Source of the DNA: Phaeosaccion multiseriatum
Taxonomy: Eukaryota; Protista; Ochrophyta, other classes
NCBI GenBank assembly: GCA_965112735.1
Contig: OZ218952.1
Location: 3,782,001 to 3,846,000, forward strand
Length of the DNA: 64,000 nt
Reading direction: 5' to 3'
Positions within the stretch are counted from its first letter, which is position 1. Every line of letters begins with the position of its first letter. Below, one piece after another: positions 60,940 through 64,000 of this stretch. The notes under the pieces are model-generated. The model was not told where the DNA came from. It saw only the letters and a list, made by a program, of their open reading frames with translations, and searched no databases. The position numbers and the translations under genes are program-made.

Positions 60940-61170
60940 GCTTGCTTGCCCCCGCCCCCCCACAGCGGAAGGCATTCTCTTGTGAGTTTGGCCTCCTCCT
61001 CCTCTGTATGGTGTGCTGTATCACACCTCAGCGCTCTGCAGCTTCAGTGACAGCTTCCGTCGTCGGTTGTGGGATGGTCTTGGCGTGTGCATCAATAAAC
61101 TTGGTGCGGCAAGAAGCACTCATGAGCTCCTCCACCTCACCTACCCCAGCTCCTCCACGTCGAATCTGTA
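60940..61170 (-). pseudogene. Orphan inverted copy of the lplA last exon and 3' UTR (duplicate part B)
   Basis: Encodes ...GEVEELM-SASCRTKFIDAHAKTIPQPTTEAVTEAAER*, matching the LplA C-terminus except for a 27-bp deletion and a disturbed 5' end. No other lplA exons are adjacent. Confidence 0.88.
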
Positions 61171-61425
61171 AAGTACTACGAAGTACAAGGGAGGGCGGGG
61201 GTCGGTTTGCCTGGTGCTCGCTAGGCTGGCGTCTTATGCCCGACCACCTCCACCACATCCGCTCCTCTCCTTGGTTTCTGTTATTTTTGTTCCTCTGGAG
61301 GCTTTCTTGAAGGGCAACCTAGGAGTAGCGGCCCCTTTCCATCGTCACTCACGCAGCCAGAGCAGCAGCAGTTGGAGCAGTTGACCCCCGTTCTCGTGGC
61401 TTGCGCTACAGCCGCTGCGCCAGCA

Positions 61426-63596
61426 ATGATGGGCCGCCTGGTGACTGCGTTTCTCCTCCTTATTGACGGACAAGTTGCCCAAGGAGGTAAGTGTGTGTGA
61501 GTACTTGATATTGCCCTCTCAAACGAGCTTGGCGACGGGAGAGGAGGGGGTTCAGAGTCTGCACGTCGCACTCCGTGCGTGCAAGAGGTGGCGGGGAGAG
61601 GGCCAGAACAACAAGCGCTCTTCTTCCTCTTAAAACCTCCCTCCCTCACCCTCGCCCGTCTCTATTAATCTCTGCGTCGTACACAGCGCCAAGCTTTGAG
61701 AGAGCTTGCACCGACGCAGGAGGAACCTTATCAGGCAACACCTGCTCCGGAGCCACCAGCCACATCCAGTGTGGTGACTCCAAGTGCCAGGTACATAAAC
61801 AGCTTCTCAGCTGTGCTTCTTGCTTGCCTTGTGGCGCTGCTTGCACGTGGCTGCTCCTCCGGCTCCGCTCTCTTGTTGTACTAAATCTCCCTCGCTTTCC
61901 CCCGTCTCTCCTCACCTACTTCCCTCATTGCACTTCCATGGCGCATCACACCCCTCTCCTGGCTGCTACATCTCGCGGTGGTGCCCCTGTCCCCTTTCGC
62001 CCCTTTCCTCCTGCCGCCGGGACTTGGGCAACCTCTATCTCCTCCCCCCTTCTTCGGTCGCTGCTACGGGTGCGTGAAGTTTAAGCGCTTTGAGGATTGC
62101 GCGGTGGACTGCTCTGGCCTTTTCGCTTGCGAGGTGAGTGGCAGTAAGACGAGCCGTGGTCGCCATGTGGCCTGAACAGCCTTGAACTCACTCATCCCTC
62201 CCTCCTTTCCTCCCTCCGTCTGCCCGCCCCTCCTTCTCCCTGCTGCTGCACATCACAGTTCTCGTCCTTCCTCGGCGCATCATCGGCTCTGTGCTCTGGC
62301 TCTCGAGGGTGTCAAGTAAGTGGCGCTCTCTTTCCTTTCAGCCCTCTCCTGCCTTCCCGTCTGCTTCGTTGTTGCTTTGCGTATGTGCCTTCCTTCAGTC
62401 AGAGAGAGGGACGGGGAATACCACTTTGTGCAATTGAGCAGCACCAGAACACGCGTGTGCGAGCCAACAACAACGCACCCCCCCCCCACCGGTCCCTGTT
62501 TCAATGCTCGGACTGCCTGCACGGCTCCGTCGGTCCGGTCTTAGCGCCTCATCCCGCTTCCTTTGCCTGGCTTCGCCTTCTCTCCGGTGGCCTCTACTTC
62601 GTTACCTTCCCCGCGCCATGGCTCTCCCTCTCTTGACTACAGAGCCGAGGGTCATCCCGCTTCCTCTGTTGACCTGGCCTCCTTTCCCTTTGTCTCAAGA
62701 ACTTTGATACCACCCCCCCCCCCACCACCACCATGGCTCTCCCTCCCCGCCGGCTGTCCGCCTCCTGCACAGTTCGCCGACTTGCTCGGCTCTTCAGCAG
62801 CTGTTTGTGCCGACGAAGCCTGTCACGGCCTCGAAGTAAGTTTGAATGTGCGGTGTGGGGCACGCATGCTGGCTCGGCTCGCGCCCCTCCCTCACTTCTC
62901 TGGCTGTCTACGTTTCGGGTGCCTCTCGCAAGGCATTTTCCGCAGCAGCGTGCGGCGCTGGAAGCGGGCTCCCTACGACGGTTCGAGAATGCGGTCCGGG
63001 CGAAGGCCCCCCCCGTTCTCCGGCAGACCCCATCACATTCCTGGGCACCACTGCGCCTACCCGATCTCCGCTCCAAGCCGACCCCACCACGGAGCCGACC
63101 AACGCTCTGCCTTCCGTCCGTCCTGCGCCCCAAGCCGATCCTACCATCCCTCCGGTAGCAGCCCCCACCACAGAACAAGGTACCACGGAACAAGTGACCA
63201 CCGCTGCGGGGCCTGGTGACGAGACGCTGCCGGGCACGTCATGCGAGTGCACGATCCCCTCCGAGTGTGCCGTGAGCGACGCTGACGCAATGTATCTCGA
63301 CATGTTCGACAATTGCGTGGAGGTGTCCGGGGAGTGCGTCTCGGGCAACGAAACGCCATCTCTGTGTAACTTCTTCGGGTCGGGACAGAGTTGTCGCGGC
63401 TGCTTTCTCAGGTTGGTTGGTTGGTTGGTTGGTTGGTTGGTTGGTTGGTTGGTTGATTGGTTGGTGGGTTGGTTGGGGGGGTTGGGTGGTTGGTTGGTTG
63501 TTGGTGTGTTGGTTGATTGTTCGGCCTACCTACCATTCCATTTCGTTTAACCTTCCCTGCCTGTCTGTCTATCTGCCTGCCTACCTTCCTGCCTGT

Positions 63597-63651
<55 letters not shown>

Positions 63652-63776
63652 CTTGCATGCCTGCCTGCCTGCCTGCCTGGCTGCCTGCCCGCCTGCCTGC
63701 CCGCCTGCCTGCCTGCCCGCCTGCCTGCCTGGCTGCCTGGCTGCCTGCCTGCCTGCCTGCCTGCCTGGCTGCCTGG

Positions 63777-63817
<41 letters not shown>

Positions 63818-64000
63818 TGCCTGCCTGCCTCCGTCTGCCTGCCTGCGTGTGTGTGTTATGTACGCGTGTGCCCCAGCTGTCAAGGGGCCCGAACGCACGC
63901 CCGCCTCTTCCCAGACACCCCCGGCGAGAATTACCCCTTCTGTGCCTGCACTGGGCTCAGCTACGCCCTCTGTTCCTTCCTCAACGACGAAGAACTCTTC
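61426..64000 (+). CDS. Putative secreted/cell-surface Cys-rich protein with Pro/Thr-rich mucin-like linker (3' partial)
   Basis: Signal-like exon MMGRLVTAFLLLIDGQVAQG G|gtaagt is spliced in phase to APSFERACTDAGGTLSGNTC...CGDSKCQ. Short exons CAVDCSGLFACE, ALCSGSRGCQ and AVCADEACHGLE each end at GT donors. Exon about 62946-63411 holds the PT-rich stalk and a Cys-rich module CECTIPSEC...C...C...CNFFGSGQSCRGCFL. Confidence 0.68.
63411..63846 (+). repeat. Intronic (GGTT)n followed by (GCCT)n microsatellites
   Basis: Directly visible. Confidence 0.95.

Noticed and set aside
1-64000. tRNA/rRNA/snRNA genes, telomeric repeats, intact mobile elements or prokaryotic operons
   Set aside because: None was recognisable by eye. 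tRNAscan-SE, Infernal and RepeatMasker would be needed to exclude them formally.

Overview
Eukaryotic nuclear DNA: GC-rich, GT-AG intron-rich, with introns full of microsatellites. It most likely comes from a heterokont (ochrophyte) alga, because the plastid PDH E1 carries a signal peptide plus an 'AF' bipartite presequence; KAP3 suggests a flagellated stage. Most entries in the ORF track are single exons or repeat artefacts. About 14 spliced genes can be reconstructed: an At1g75140-like membrane protein, FANCI, two ankyrin-repeat proteins, a lipoate-protein ligase A-like protein, a RecQ helicase, a patatin-like lipase, a SAP30(Sin3-binding)-SGF29(Tudor) fusion, an AT-hook protein, a kinesin with a very long N-terminal extension, a fused plastid PDH E1 alpha/beta, KAP3 and two putative secreted proteins. 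Most notable: (1) a chromatin adaptor, hidden from the ORF track by short exons, that joins a Sin3-HDAC-docking domain to the SAGA-type H3K4me reader; (2) an intronless, frameshifted histidine-kinase relic; (3) an inverted duplication about 42 kb away linking the LplA 3' end to a small secreted-protein gene, with apparent reciprocal loss; (4) a possibly membrane-anchored kinesin. No RNA genes, CRISPR arrays or intact transposases were recognised. Exon boundaries were read by eye and family assignments come from recalled motifs, not database searches.
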